64,000 nt of DNA from Squalus acanthias (taxonomy: Eukaryota). The stretch lies in assembly GCA_030390025.1 (NCBI GenBank), contig CM059432.1, forward strand, positions 148,306,001 through 148,370,000, read 5' to 3'. The position numbers were made by a program, and so were the translations under genes. Positions 37,214 to 49,879 of the stretch are shown here, piece by piece. Below the pieces are notes generated by a model that was not told the DNA's origin, searched no databases, and worked only from the letters and a program-made list of their open reading frames with translations. Numbering within the stretch: position 1 is the first letter of the stretch; the number at the start of each line of letters is the position of its first letter.

Positions 37214-37550
37214 GGGAAGAGCCGGAAATCAAATAGATTTAAGGCCAGGGTAAAGCTGGGAAAAGGGGGAGGGGATAAAGGAACAAAGGGGGAGATGAAG
37301 AGACATTAAGATCAAACACGAGAAGGGAAACTGAAATCAATGAAGATGAACAAGGTTGAAGAGCCAAACGGAAATCCCGTCGAAGAGAAGAGCAGAACTT
37401 CTTCAAGGTAGGCATTCCAAGAAGAGAGGTGGCAGTGAACCAAACACTAATATGATAGCAAAATACTGCGGATGCTGGAAATCCGAAATAACAACAGAAA
37501 ACGCTGGAAAAACTCAGCAGGCCAGGCAGCATCCGTGGAGAGAGAAAGAG

Positions 37551-37587
37551 AGTTAACGTTTCAGGTCGATGACCTTTCATCAGAACT
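37551..37587 (-). ncRNA. Minimal hammerhead ribozyme motif, copy 2
   Basis: Minus strand agtt-CTGATGA-a-AGGTC atc GACCT-GAAAC-GTT-aact. Confidence 0.8.
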
Positions 37588-39019
37588 GGGAAGAGCCGGA
37601 AATCAAATAGATTTAAGGCCAGGGTAAAGCTGGGAAAAGGGGGAGGGGATAAAGGATTTCCAGCATCCGCAGTATTTTGCTATCATATCACCATTTAGAT
37701 TATACTGCCTCTCCATGTTGTTTCTCCCAAAGTGCATCACTTCACACTTATCCACATTAAATTGCGTCCGTCTTGTGTCTGCCCATTTCACCAGTCTGTC
37801 AATGTCCTCCTGAAGTCTGCTACTATCCTGCTCACTATGTGCTATGTTGCCAAGTTTTGTATCTTCCGTAAACTTCAAAATTGTACTCCCTATACCCAAG
37901 TCCAGGTCATTTATATATAACAAGAAAAGCAATGGCCCTCATACCAACCCCACTGCATATTTCTCTCCAGTCAGAAAAACATTAGTCATCACTGTTCTCT
38001 GCCTCCTATCCCTCAGCCAATTACATACCCAAGTTACCATCGTCCCTTTAATCCCCTGTGCTTCTATTTTCCGAATAAGTCTGTTATGTGGTACTTTATA
38101 TCAAATGTCATTTGAAAGTTCATAAATACAACATCAACCGCACTACCTTTATCAACCCTCTCTGTTACTGCATCAAAGAACTCAATCAGGTTAGTCAGAC
38201 ACGATTTGCCTTTAACAAATCCGTGCTGGATGTCCCTTATTAACCCATGCTTCTCCAAGGTGAGAATTAATTTTGTCCTTGACAGTGGTCTCTCGTAGAA
38301 TTCCCACCACTATCGTTAGACTGATTGGCCTGTAGTTACCAGGTTTAACCCTCTCACCTATTTTTGAACGGGCGTGTAACATTTGCAATCCTCCAGTCCT
38401 CTGGCACCAACCCCACATCCAAGGAGGATTGAAAGATTGTGGTCAGAGATTCTGCTATCTCCACCCTAGCTTCCTTCAGCAACTGAGGATGCATCCCATC
38501 TGGACCAGGTGACTTGTTAACATTGAGTGATGCCAGCCTATTTAACACCTCCTTTCTATCTATTTTTATCCTAATCAATATCTCTACTCCCCCCTTCTCT
38601 ACTGTGACATTAACTTCATTGTCTTCTTTTCTGAAGTCAGATGCAAAGTACTCATTCAGTACCTCAGTCATGCCCTCTGCCCAAACAAGAAGATTTCCTT
38701 TTTGTCCCTAATCGGCCCCACTACTCCTTTAACTATCCTTTTGCTTTTCATATGTTTATTAAATATTTCTGGGTTCCCTTTTCTATTACCCACTAATCTT
38801 TTCTCATACTCTCTCTTTGCTTTTCTTGTATCCTTTTTCAGTTTCCCCCTGCACTCTCTGTATTCTGCCTGGTTTTTGACTGTATTCTGTACCTGACATT
38901 TGTCATAAACCGTTTTCTGTTTTATTTCAACCTCTATTTCCTTTGTCATCCAGGGAGCTCTAGCTTTGGTAGCCCAGCTTTCCTCCTTATGGGAATATGC
39001 TTGGTTTGTACCCAAACTC

Positions 39020-39830
39020 AGATAAATGTGGGTATTACATTTTGGTAAGTAAAATAGGGAGGTCAAATATTACTTGGAAAATAAGAATCTAAATGGACTA
39101 GAAGAGCAAAGTGATCTCGGTGTACAAATACACAAATCGCTAAAAGTAGCGATGCAGGTTAATAAGGCCATAAAAAGAGCAAACTAGGCACTAGGGTTTA
39201 TTTCTAGAGGGATAGAATTGAAAAGTAGGGAAGTTATGCTAAACTTGTATTGAACCTTGGTTAGACCACACTTGGGGTACTGCGTACAGTTCTGGTCGCC
39301 ATATTATAAAAAGGATATAAAGGCACTGGAGAGGGTGCAGAGAAGATTTACAAGGACGATACCGGAAATGCGAAGGTATACCTATCAGGAAAGGATGAAC
39401 AGGCTGGGTCTCCTTTCTTTTGAAAAGAGAAGGCTGAGGGGTGACCTAATAGAGATCTTTAAAATGATGAAAGGTTTTCATAGAGTGGATACAGAGAGAG
39501 TGTTTTCACTTGTGGGGAAGAGCAAAACTAGAGGCCATCAATATAAGATAGTCACCAAGAAATCAAATAGGGAATTCAGAAGAAACTTCTTTACCCAAAG
39601 AGTGGTGAGAATGTGGAACTCGCTATCACAGGGAGTGGTTGAGGCGAATAGTGTAGATGCATTTAAGGGGAGGCTAGACAAGCATATGAGGGAGAAGGGA
39701 ATAGAGGGTTACGCTGATAGATTTAGATGAGGAAAGACGGGAGGAGGCTCGAGTGGAGCATAAACGCCGGCATGGACTGGTTGGGCCGAATGGCCGGTTT
39801 CTATGCCGTATATCCTGTGTAATCCTATGT
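39020..39830 (+). mobile_element. CR1 LINE 3' portion
   Basis: ORF 39257-39730 reads VRPHLGYCVQFWSPY..RRLRGDLIE..RVVRMWNSL. Ends in an (AATCCTATGT)-like tail. Confidence 0.9.
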
Positions 39831-41194
39831 CAACTATCTCAGCGTTTAAGGCCTGCTATTGCTCATTTACTGTTTTCCTGGCCAATCTTACCTGAATGCA
39901 GCTAAGAATCCCTTTCGTGGACAGATTTTAGAATGAGAGATTACAGCGCTCCCACAGTACAATTTCACAGAAGGGTCCTTAACCTGGTGCAGGACTCTAA
40001 GTTACAGATATTTATATATATAAACCCCGCTGGTTTAAGGTGGGCACTCTGGACAACGATGGCATCTGGCACAAGTCCAGCGTAGTTCGGGCACGGCAGA
40101 TCGTGATGCGAAATTCGGAGGAGGGTCAGCACCTTCAGGGGAGGAGGGGAGAAAAGACAAAAAAAGATAACAGCAAACAAGAAAAGGCTTTTATGATGGA
40201 ATTACTTTGCTCAGATTAAGTAACCACATGGGATTGTTTAGGGAGCCCTGATTGTCCGACAATTGTGTCCAGGATTTTATAGCTGCAGTGGATACTTTTG
40301 GGTAAATTAATCAGTGCAAGCCCTCAGCAGTAATCATGCTCTCCCAAACATTAATTTTTGACCCCTGCAATCACCCTTCTCCTTCATAGTGCCTCATTGG
40401 TGCCAATCGCTGAACTGCAGGTCAGTAAATTATAGTGCAGTCAGGAGTGAGGTCGTACAGCATGAGACGGGATGTGAGTCAGCAGTTAATACAGGGAAGG
40501 AAGGGGCGGAGGGCAGAATACACACTGCACAGACCAGCTGATGTTTTTCAACTTTTTAGCTGTTGCTTATGTTTTTTTTTTAAAAACCACTGGCTTTCAT
40601 TAATAAAGATTAATGCCTTGTAACAAATCCCATGGCCGGAATTTTCTGGGGTCTGTGCGGGTGCGATTGGAGGCGGGTCAGGTGGGAAATTTGAAATATC
40701 TTGGAGTGGGTCGGGAACCCGCCGTCATCCCGCGTCATCCCACCCCCACGTGCTTTTCCCTCGGGTGCGTTTGTCAGCGCGGCAGCGACCCGAACGGCAG
40801 AGGCGGGCGACCTAATTTAAATCATTATCAGGTACTTGTCAGACTCTTAAGCGCCTTTTTTAACCCACCTTTCAAATTTCCCTGACTGACCACGGGATTC
40901 ACGCAGCTCAGGGAACCACGTCTGTCAACCTGAGGCGGGAGTTGAGCGGCCATTGATCCAGCTGATTAGTTGACAGCATGAACAGTCCTATAAAAGCTCC
41001 GACCTCATAGCTGATCACTTTCCTCAGGCAGATGCTGTTGCTGGACTGCATTGCCAGCACAGATTTAGCTTTCTAGAGGCTGCAAGTGCTTCCAGCAAAT
41101 TCGCCATCCAGTGTCACCTCATTGGTAGAACCTCTATCACCACTGACGGATTGCTTCTGTCACCTCTACTTCACCTGCCATCTATTCCATCAGC

Positions 41195-42448
41195 ATGGGT
41201 GCCGTTTATACTGTCTCACCTTGGTCCTCAGAATCGGACCACAATGATCCCCAAGACCAGCAGCACCAGGCACACCAGCAGCACCAAAAACAACACCACC
41301 AACCTTCTCCTCATCTGATGCGGCACAGGACAGGGGGCATCAGCACAGGGCTGCACTGCGCCGGAGGCGATACCCCCAACACAGGGTATACCGGCAGAGG
41401 ATGAGCTTCCTCAACATGACTGAGCAGCAGTGCCAAAGGAGGCTCAGGCTATCGCGCCAGGTCGTCGCAGACATTTGCAGATTGCTGGAGGAAGACCTGC
41501 AGCCCAGAGGAGCGGGTGGCCACACCTTACCGGTGGCTGTCAAAGTCACCAGCGCCCTCAACTTCTTCACCTCAGGCTCCTTCCAGGGATCTGCAGCAAA
41601 CATTTGCGGCATCTCGCAGTCGGCCGCCACAGATGCATCACACAGGTCACCGATGCCCTCTTTGACAAGTCAGCCAATTATGTGAACTTTGCCACTAATG
41701 AAGCCGATGTTACTGAGCGGGCGCTCTGCTTTGCCACTCTGGCTGACTTCCCACGTGTGCAGGGCATCAACAACTGCACACGTGGCCATCAGGGCATCCC
41801 ATCATCACCCAGCAGTCTTAGTGAACCACAAGGGCTTCCACTCCCTCAATGTGCAGCTGGTCTGCAACCATAGGAAGATCATCATGCATGTGTGCACCCA
41901 ATTCCCTGGCAGCTGCCATGACTCATTCATCCTTCACCAGTCCACCCTCCCTCAGCTCTTCGCTCCTCCAAACAGACTTTCCGGCTGGCTGCTTGGAGAC
42001 CAGGATTATCCACTGAAGATGTGGCTCATGACACCCTTGAGGAGGTCAAGTACTGAAGCCAAGGAGAGATATAATGAAAGCCACATCTCCACCAGATGTG
42101 TCATAGAGCAGACAATAGGCATGCTGAAAATGTGCTTCAGATGCCTTGACAGATCTGGAGGAGCTCTTCACCCTTCAGTATGCACCAGCCAGGGTCTCCA
42201 GAATCATCGTGGTCTGCTGCGCCCTGCACAACATTGTGCAGCAGTGAGGATTAGCGCTGCATGAGGTGCAAGGCACTGAGCACACAGCCTCTTCACAGGA
42301 GGAGGAGCAGGAGGAGGAGGAGGAGCATCAGCTGGAAGACAAGCAGGAGGAGGAGCAGGAGGAACCAGCGGTCCAGATCCCACCAGCACCCGAGCACATT
42401 GCTGCCCGGGAGGCCAGGGATGGGCTCATCATGGCCAGATTTACTTAA
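41195..42448 (+). pseudogene. Harbinger transposase pseudogene of H3
   Basis: [49 protein letters not shown] and [13 protein letters not shown] motifs, with several frameshifts. Confidence 0.9.
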
Positions 42449-42746
42449 CTTCACGCCTTACACCCATATGGCTGCCACATGCTGTGCCAGGTTCGCACCA
42501 CCCCACAGCAGCACCATAAAGCATCCCTACAATGACCAGGCCCTTCCTTTCACACTGACCACCATTGCTGGGGGTAATGTTCTGTCTCACCAATCACTCC
42601 AACTCACTAAGGCACTTCCAAAGGTGCACACAAATTTGGCCAAAACCGGAAAATGGTGAAAATAAAGATTTTTATGTGTGATATCACACGAACGGAAACT
42701 TTACAGAAACATTGAATAAAACACTCAAGTGGCTACCCTTGTGAAT

Positions 42747-44589
42747 CTACTTGTGTGTCATCTTTCTCTTATGCGTGCTTCTACGAGGCGTTACCCCTGT
42801 GGCTTCAGCAGAAGTAGAGGCAGCCTGCTCACTTCCCTGCTGCGACTGCTTAGACACTCTTGGCGGACGTCCTCTGGGTTTTGGAGCCTCTGATTGCTCC
42901 GCCAAAGTCTGCTCCTCCTGCGACTGTGCAGGGGCAGACTCGGCCATCGCTGTCCGAGGAGGTATCTAGGGCTCTGACTGAGGGGATGGCAATGGGGGAG
43001 ACGTGTGAGCGCTTTGAGAGGAGCCCCCACTTCCATGTGCCCTCGCACCATCATCCCTCTCATGAGCCACCCGCACCTCCCTGCTAGCAACGAGCTGGAG
43101 AGCACCTTGCTGCACAGCAGTGGGGCCATGAGGACCCACGTCTACGCTGACATCCCTCCTAGAGAGGAGGTCTATGAGCCTCTGCCAACTATTCTCCATA
43201 GAGACCATGTACTCCTGTGAGTGGTGCATTAGCTGCTCCATGCAGGTGGCCACCCTTTCCATGGAAGAGCCTACAATCACCATCATCTGCGACACGGTGG
43301 TGCTCATCCATTCTCTGCACATTTGCAGCCATCGCGGTCGCAAAACCGGTCAAAGCCTCCTGCACTTCTTGCTGCACCTCCAGGATCTCCCTCTTTCTGG
43401 ATGGCCCCCCGAGGTTTAGCGTCTGCATGCAGCTGCGCAGAGCTGGGAGCATCCTGCGCTCTCCGGCGAGGAGTCTCCACTGCTGTCCCTGTCCACCATC
43501 TGCTCTTGCTCACTTGTGAGTTGTGAGACACCAGGTGGCAACATTACTCTATCTCGCGTTGGCCCCACCGAGGTGTGCATATCTGCGCTGGTGCTGGGTG
43601 CACTTATGTCTGGTGATGGTGCACCCTCAGAGACTGGCGGCTCCTCTGGGGAGTCGTCTTCCTCTTCCTCCTGGACAGTGGGCGGGGGGGCTCTTGTTGG
43701 ACCTGTGGGAGAGTAAAGAGATGAGTTAGATATCATATCAAGAATGGGTACAGATACCATTCTGCACATGATGACCATTCACTGGCTGTTGACATCAGTC
43801 CCCATATGAGTGACTACTGTATGTCATGTGGCTGTATAATATGTAATTCTGTCACCAGGTTGCTAAGATGACCCCCTCTCTCTGTCTCCCACCTCTAGCT
43901 GCTCGGCGACTCCCAAAACTTCTAAGGCAGCCTCCTCTGCTGTTGTTAGTGTTGCCAATGATGGTGTTCCATCTCCAGTTCTCTCCCTCTCCCTCTCCCT
44001 CTTATTGTGGGCTCTCTTTTCCTGCAAGGAGGGAAAGAAGAGGGTTGAGTGAGAGTGATGGAATGAGTGTATGGATGGGTTACATCTTTAGAGGGAGACT
44101 ATGATGGAGTGGGGTGTCAAAGCCAAGTGGCCTCCTTGTGTGTTGTTAAATGATTGCATTAGGATGAGGGTGAGTGTGGGGGGTGGTTTGTCAGATGGAG
44201 ATGTGAGTATGTAGATAGAGAGGGGTGGGTGGAGGTGCAAGGTATGTTGATGTGAGTAATGATATGCAGGAGTAGGGTTGGGAAGGCAACGTGATGGGGA
44301 TGTGATGAGAGGCACAGCAGGATGAAGTTGAGTGTGACTTTGCACTCACCTTTCCTGATCTAATGAGATCATTGCAATCTTTCCGGCACTGCACCCAGGT
44401 CCTCCTGAACACATCCCTGCTGTTCACCTCCTCTGCTATTTGGAGCCAGGCTCCTTTGGTTTCCTGGGGAGGTCTCTTCCGCCCATTAGAAGGGAAGAGG
44501 ACCTCCCTGCATGCTCTGACTCCTTCCACAAGCATATGGAGGGAGTCATCGGAGAACCTGGCTGCAGCCCTCTGTCTCTGTGCAGTCAT
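42747..44589 (-). pseudogene. Myb/SANT-like gene of H3; exons 44589-44350, 44021-43856, 43702-42747
   Basis: MTAQRQRAAARFSDDSLHMLVEGV..LFP..AWLQIAEEVNS..RTWVQCRKDCNDL; exon 2 EKRAHNKRERERERTG with a premature TAG; exon 3 is frameshifted. Confidence 0.85.
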
Positions 44590-45100
44590 CTCTGGAAATG
44601 GTTGCAACACTCCACTGGTGCAGTGTGCTGCCTGCACACTCCTAGATCAATCTTCGAATGCAATGTGGCCATGGCTCCTTTAAATATCCCAGCTGAAAAC
44701 ACATCATCCATGAAGTCATCAGACCCGCACCATTTAATAGGGCTGGATAATGCGCAGGACGGGCTTAATAGGCCCCATTAACGCAGAGTTGATTTCAGGA
44801 GCAGGATGGAATCAAGATCGGGGTCGTGACCCGCCACGCCAACCGCCCGCACCTGACCAGATAAACAAAATTCCGGCCCATGTTTTAACATATTAATATA
44901 TCACCTGGAGATCCAAACAATCATAATTTCAAGATCTATACAGCATTATCAGTAGAAGTATAGGCACATAATCAAAGTTAGTCAGTCAGCAATCTTCTCA
45001 TTTGAACAGAATGGCATAGCAAAACACACATCTAATAGACAGAAAATACAATATACTTGATATAAAAACTGCATATACTATACAATGAAATTTATATATT

Positions 45101-45844
45101 GGCCCAGAAATTGATCTCGCTCTGTTCCCACGGGGGTAAGCCTTCCCCGCGATGTCTCACCTCGCTTATGCTTTTTCTGATCCAGCTCGCACGAATTTGA
45201 TGTTCCAGACATCAGCTGTGCTGGGCTTGCGTATCCCAGCGGCGTAGTTAATTCGTGCGAGCTGTGGGATCACGTGACTCAGTTAGAGCCAATGGCAGCA
45301 CACCATCTTCCATTCATAAGTCTCACAGCATGGCTGTGAGACTTATGAATCTTACACCCCCCCAAAATAACAGCTAAACCTCAATTAAATTAAAAAAAAA
45401 ACCCATCACATTAATAAAATAAGTATAGTTAATTAAATTAACCATTTTAAATAAAAAATTAAATTTTTGAAAAAATTTAAAATCTTTTAAAAAGTTATAA
45501 AAATAAACTTACCTGTCTTTAAAGTCTATAAAAAAGATATACCTGTAAAAAAAAATTCAAAAAAATACTTAATTCACTACTTACCTTCTTAAAAGCGGGT
45601 CTTACTCCTCCTTTTTACATTTCCAAAATCTTCCCTACTTACCTGCGCGTCCAAAGCATGAAGTGCACAGCGTGCGCGCAGCCTGTAGCGCGCACGCGAT
45701 GCACCGAGGAACCGCCCCCTTTTCGGAAGAGCAATTGCCGGTTTTCAGCGCATGCGCAGGGCATGCAGAAAACTGGCAATTGGAGTGGGAATACGCGAGA
45801 GTATGCAGTGCGTACTCTCGCGTCCCGGGATCAATTTTCGGCCC
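45101..45844. mobile_element. Hairpin-rich MITE (744 bp), ATT TSD
   Basis: ATT|GGCCCAGAAATTGATC ... GATCAATTTTCGGCCC|ATT, with an AT-rich centre and GC-rich ends. Confidence 0.8.
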
Positions 45845-46789
45845 ATTATTTACTGGGAAGGGACAAGAGGGGACAAGAGGGGAAAGCTCAAAGGACCACT
45901 GACCACAACAGAACTGATAAAATCGAGGGAGATGAAAGACAGAGAGAGGTTGGAGGCTAGAGGAGGCTAGAGGTGAGAGGGGAATTAATGACAAACTTTT
46001 TCTTATATTCTGTCTGAGTGCAAATGAGGGTTGTTAGAGGATCCTCCCCAGATATGAGTGCTATTTTCAAATCTTGGATGGGCTTGGACTTCATAGAGAG
46101 TTAAGAGTTGTTGCAAGGGTGGGGTGAGGGGTAACGTTTGTCACGAAAGAACAGACTAAGGTGTTTGGTGTCAGGCTTAATTCCTGCTCTGTGCTATCTT
46201 AGCCAAAATCAGCCAGTGTGTGTGTGGAGTTGTTGACTTAATCTCAGTGTCCCCTGAATATGGAAGGGAAAATTAGGCCAAGACATTTAGTTATATTTAA
46301 TTCCTACTCAGCTATCCCTGCTGGAGATGTGGGTGGGATGAAGAAAACGTTCGCTCAGTTGATCCTCATGGTTGAATAACATGTCAACATCATGTTCCTG
46401 GCCCACACGTTCAGTGAGGTATTGGAGAGCTGGCCCTGCCTACTCAGGGGTTATGGGGGTCTGGAAGGGATGTGGGAGCTGCTTGAATCTTGACCTTGGG
46501 ACCACTCAGAGGTGGCATAGCGAGCTGGCGAGTTAGGCTTGGGCATCCTTCTGGGGGAGAGGAGAAAGAATGGAGCCTGTGCGCAATTGGACTCGAAGGG
46601 AAGCTGCAATCTGGCAGCACGAGGGCAGGGGTCCAGGAGCAAAGTAGGTTCAGTGGCTGAGACACTCATTGAGGAGGCAGCAATTCTGAAGTCAGAGTTC
46701 AGGGAAGGAGGTTTAATCACTCAGGAGTCTGGAGGCGAGCAGCACTCAGGAGACAGGAAGTACTGGAGTATGGCTGGTTCTGGGAGCTA

Positions 46790-47212
46790 TACTCATTGGA
46801 GTTTGGAGAAATGAGAGGTGATCTTATTGAAACATATGGGATTCTGGGGGGGCTTGACAGGGTAGATGCAGGGAGGATGTTTCCCCTCGTGGGGGAATCT
46901 AGAACTAGGGGGTGTAGTTTCAGAATAAGGGGTCGCCCATTTAAGACGGAGATGAGGAGGAATTTCTTCTCTCAGAGGGTCGTGAATCTTTGGAATTCTT
47001 TACCCCAGAGAGCTGTGGAGGCTGGGTCGTTGAATATATTCAAGGCTGAGATAGACAGATTTTTGAGCTACAGGGGAGTTAAGGGTTATGGGGAGCGGGT
47101 GGGAAAGTGGAGTTGAGGCCGAGATCAGATCAGCCATGATCTTATTGAATGGCAGAGCAGGCTCGAGGGGCCAAATGGCCTACTCCTGCTCTTATTTCTT
47201 ATGTTCTTATGT
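46790..47212 (+). mobile_element. CR1 (HER1-like) 3' end
   Basis: ORF 46796-47116 reads MRGDLIETY..RRNFFSQRVVNLWNSLP. (TTCTTATG)n tail. Confidence 0.9.
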
Positions 47213-47512
47213 CTGATTCACTAAGCACCTTTAACATAGAATATATAGTTGATTTACTGGAATATTTTGCCGTCATTTTTCCTCCTCATTTTTATTTTGT
47301 AAAGTTGTAACAAGTAACTTATGGCAGTAACAAGAAAATAAATTTGGAAAACCGCAGATGAATTTTCCATCACGTTTCCATTTGGTTAAATATAGATTTT
47401 TAAAATCTTAAAACAGCGCATCAATGCAACTTTTGTAACTTTGAGAGGTGCTAATGCAGATGCTGTTCTATCTCATTAAACTCAAACTCGCCAGTAGTAA
47501 TTATTGAACCAA

Positions 47513-48410
47513 GGGGGAAAAATTCGGTTGCTTTGCGCCTCCCGTTGGCGCCTTAAAAGAGCGCTAATGGGGCGCAAAGCAACTAGTGCCCGGGCGCGGC
47601 GATGTTTGCGCCGCTCGTGAAATTGACCAGACATTCTGCGGTGGTGCTAAACACTACCGCCACGATCTCCTGCGCCCGCAGATCGTGACGTCAGTCGAGC
47701 GTGCAACGCCCTGGTAGCGCCCCGGACCGGATATTGAGTGGCGCCCCCTGCCTTACTGCCTGCCGCTAGCAACGACAGGTTGAGGGGAGCGTTTTGCAGT
47801 CGGGAAGGGACAAGGGGAGCGCTATTTAAAGGCGGCCGCTTCCTGACTTTTTTTGTTGGTGACATTTTTGCACCAAGCATTCTGAGAGAGAGAGAGAGAG
47901 AGAGACTTCTGAAGAGATTCAACGCTGTGTGAAGGAGTTTTGGGTACTGAGCAGCACTTTGCAGGTTCATTTTGATTTGACCTTCCTTGCATCGATGTAG
48001 AAGAGACTGTAGGGGCTGCACTCTGAGCTCTTTCCCTGGAACTCTCCATTGTTCTTTCCAGCAGAATTGATGTACAGGTCTCTCCAGGCCGAGATTCAAG
48101 GCTGCAATGAGCAGGGTGTGGATGGAGAACAAGATTGACTCTCCCATTGAAGAACTGGCCGGCGCCAGTGTGTCTGTGTTCCATTGCTGACTGACATCAC
48201 ATGAGCTTCGCCAGCGCTCTGAGATAGCGCCTCGCTCCTCGGCATTAACACCTTAAGAGAGGTGTGTAGCGCCTGATTTAGCGCTCCAATCACCTCCAGG
48301 GGCGATAGAAGCCAAGTTTGCAGTCGGAGGCGATAATTAGCGCCAGGCGCTAAACTTTGCGCCCGGCCGACAATTGCGCCCCAAACGGGGCGATACCGAA
48401 TTTCTCCCCC
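47513..48410 (-). mobile_element. Non-autonomous deletion derivative (898 bp) of the H1 Harbinger family, CAA TSD
   Basis: CAA|GGGGGAAAAATTCG ... CGAATTTCTCCCCC|CAA. The halves align to the reverse complements of H1 ~20020-20544 and 15966-~16350. Confidence 0.9.
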
Positions 48411-49096
48411 CAAGTATCCAGAGAACCTTCTGAGACTCTGCAAGCCTTTCTTTTTTTTTCGGTGCATCTTACTAAACATTTACCATCGGGCAATCTTCAA
48501 CATTGTGTTCATTTTTTTTCAGTTCTCTTCGAATCAAAATAAACTAAACCGAATGTAATTTTGATCACACTGGAATAAGTAACAAAATGTTGAATGCAAA
48601 ATGTCAATGACCCTCCTAGGGTTGGCAGGGAATAAATATTCATTATGAACCAAATCAATTGCAAAAACAAAACCTGCATCAAAAGAATCACAAAGTAATT
48701 AAATCCCATGGAAAGGTGAGAGGCATGGGTCAAGTATGAAAAAAAACCTTTACCAGGTCATCAAGGAGCAGGAGTATATATAAGCAGCAGTGAGGTACAC
48801 TGAGGTCACAGCGTGTGGAGGCCTTGAAAAGTGAGACACACAAACAGACCCCAAAAAGGACTGCCGGTGAAGGCCCAGGTTAATAATGCTGGAGGCAGAA
48901 GGCAAGCTTGAGATCTCCGAGGAAATGCAGAGGAAAGTGTTTGAGATGGGATGGGTAACTTTACAGACAGTTCTGATTTGTTTTAACCTTATTGATTTTT
49001 TGTTGTGTTTATTAGGTTATAAATTTTATTTTCAGGTGGTTTTAGTCAGGTGAGTGGAAACCTAACAAGGCTTCTCAAAGGACTTGTGGAAAAACA

Positions 49097-49607
49097 TTTC
49101 GTCAGTGTTCTCGCTCAGGCTAACATCCCCAGTAGCGAAGCTTTGACCACGCTCGATCAGCTCCGATGGACGGGCCACATCGTCCGCATGCCCGAGACGA
49201 GACTCCCAAAACAAGCGCTCTGCTCGGAGCTCCGACACGGCAAGAGAGCCCCAGGTGGGCAGAGGAAACGCTTCAAGGACACCCTCAAAGCCTCCTTGAA
49301 AAAATGCAACATCCCCACCGACACCTGGGAATCCCTGGCCCAAGACCACACAAAGTGGAGGAGAAGCATCCGGGAAGGTGCCGAACACCTCGAGTCTCTT
49401 CGCCGGGAGCAAGCGGAAGCCAAGCGCAAGGCAGCGGAAGGAGCGCACATCAACCCAAGCACCCCACCCACCCGCCCCTTCAACCACCGTCTGCCCCTCC
49501 TGTGACAGAGACTGTAGGTCCCGCATTGGACTCATCAGTCACCTGAGAACTCGTTTTAGTGTGGAAGCAAGTCATCCTCGGCTCCCAGGGACTGCCTAAG
49601 AGAAGAT
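49097..49607 (+). mobile_element. RTE-clade LINE 3' end
   Basis: QLRWTGHIVRMPETRLPKQAL..GGQRKRFKDTLKASLK and a C-terminal CPSCDRDCRSRIGLISH zinc finger. (AAG)-like tail. Confidence 0.9.
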
Positions 49608-49879
49608 TATTTGGTTGGCTGCTTTTATGGTAGTTCCTGGATATTCATTAGTTGCTTTTTAATGAATGAAAAATTCTTACAGAAACATTTTATGAGATTA
49701 ATTAAAATAGTGATTTTACTTTTGCAGTTAGTCGCTTTGATTGGTAAGTTTCTACTGATTGGACATTTGAGACAAACTACATGCTTCTCAACCTGCAATT
49801 ATACTGAGTACTTTCCATTGCTGTATAAATATAATATATTCTCCATGCCCTACGGGTACTTTAACCTTACAGGCAGGCA

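Larger units (their letters stand above)
37117..37689 (-). mobile_element. Non-autonomous mini-Penelope: 374-bp unit in partial tandem plus an inverted 32-bp tail, 15-bp TSD
   Basis: TSD ACCATTTAGATTATA at 37102-37116 and 37690-37704. 37117-37282 is repeated at 37491-37656. 37657-37688 is the reverse complement of 37450-37481. Confidence 0.85.
36920..38995 (-). mobile_element. CR1 LINE fragment (RT region), interrupted by a mini-Penelope
   Basis: VLNEYFAS, KSPGPDGMHP, QHGFVKGKSCLTNLIEFF, LYINDLD and KCEVMHFG motifs. Confidence 0.9.
40634..44878. mobile_element. PIF/Harbinger transposon H3, full length (4245 bp), degenerate
   Basis: Perfect 12-bp TIR GGCCGGAATTTT, CAT TSD (40631-40633, 44879-44881), and convergent transposase and Myb-like genes. 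Confidence 0.92.

Noticed and set aside
36920..39830. Single CR1 with a twin-priming 5' inversion
   Set aside because: The two oppositely oriented pieces overlap in ORF position and differ in sequence, so they are better explained as separate insertions.
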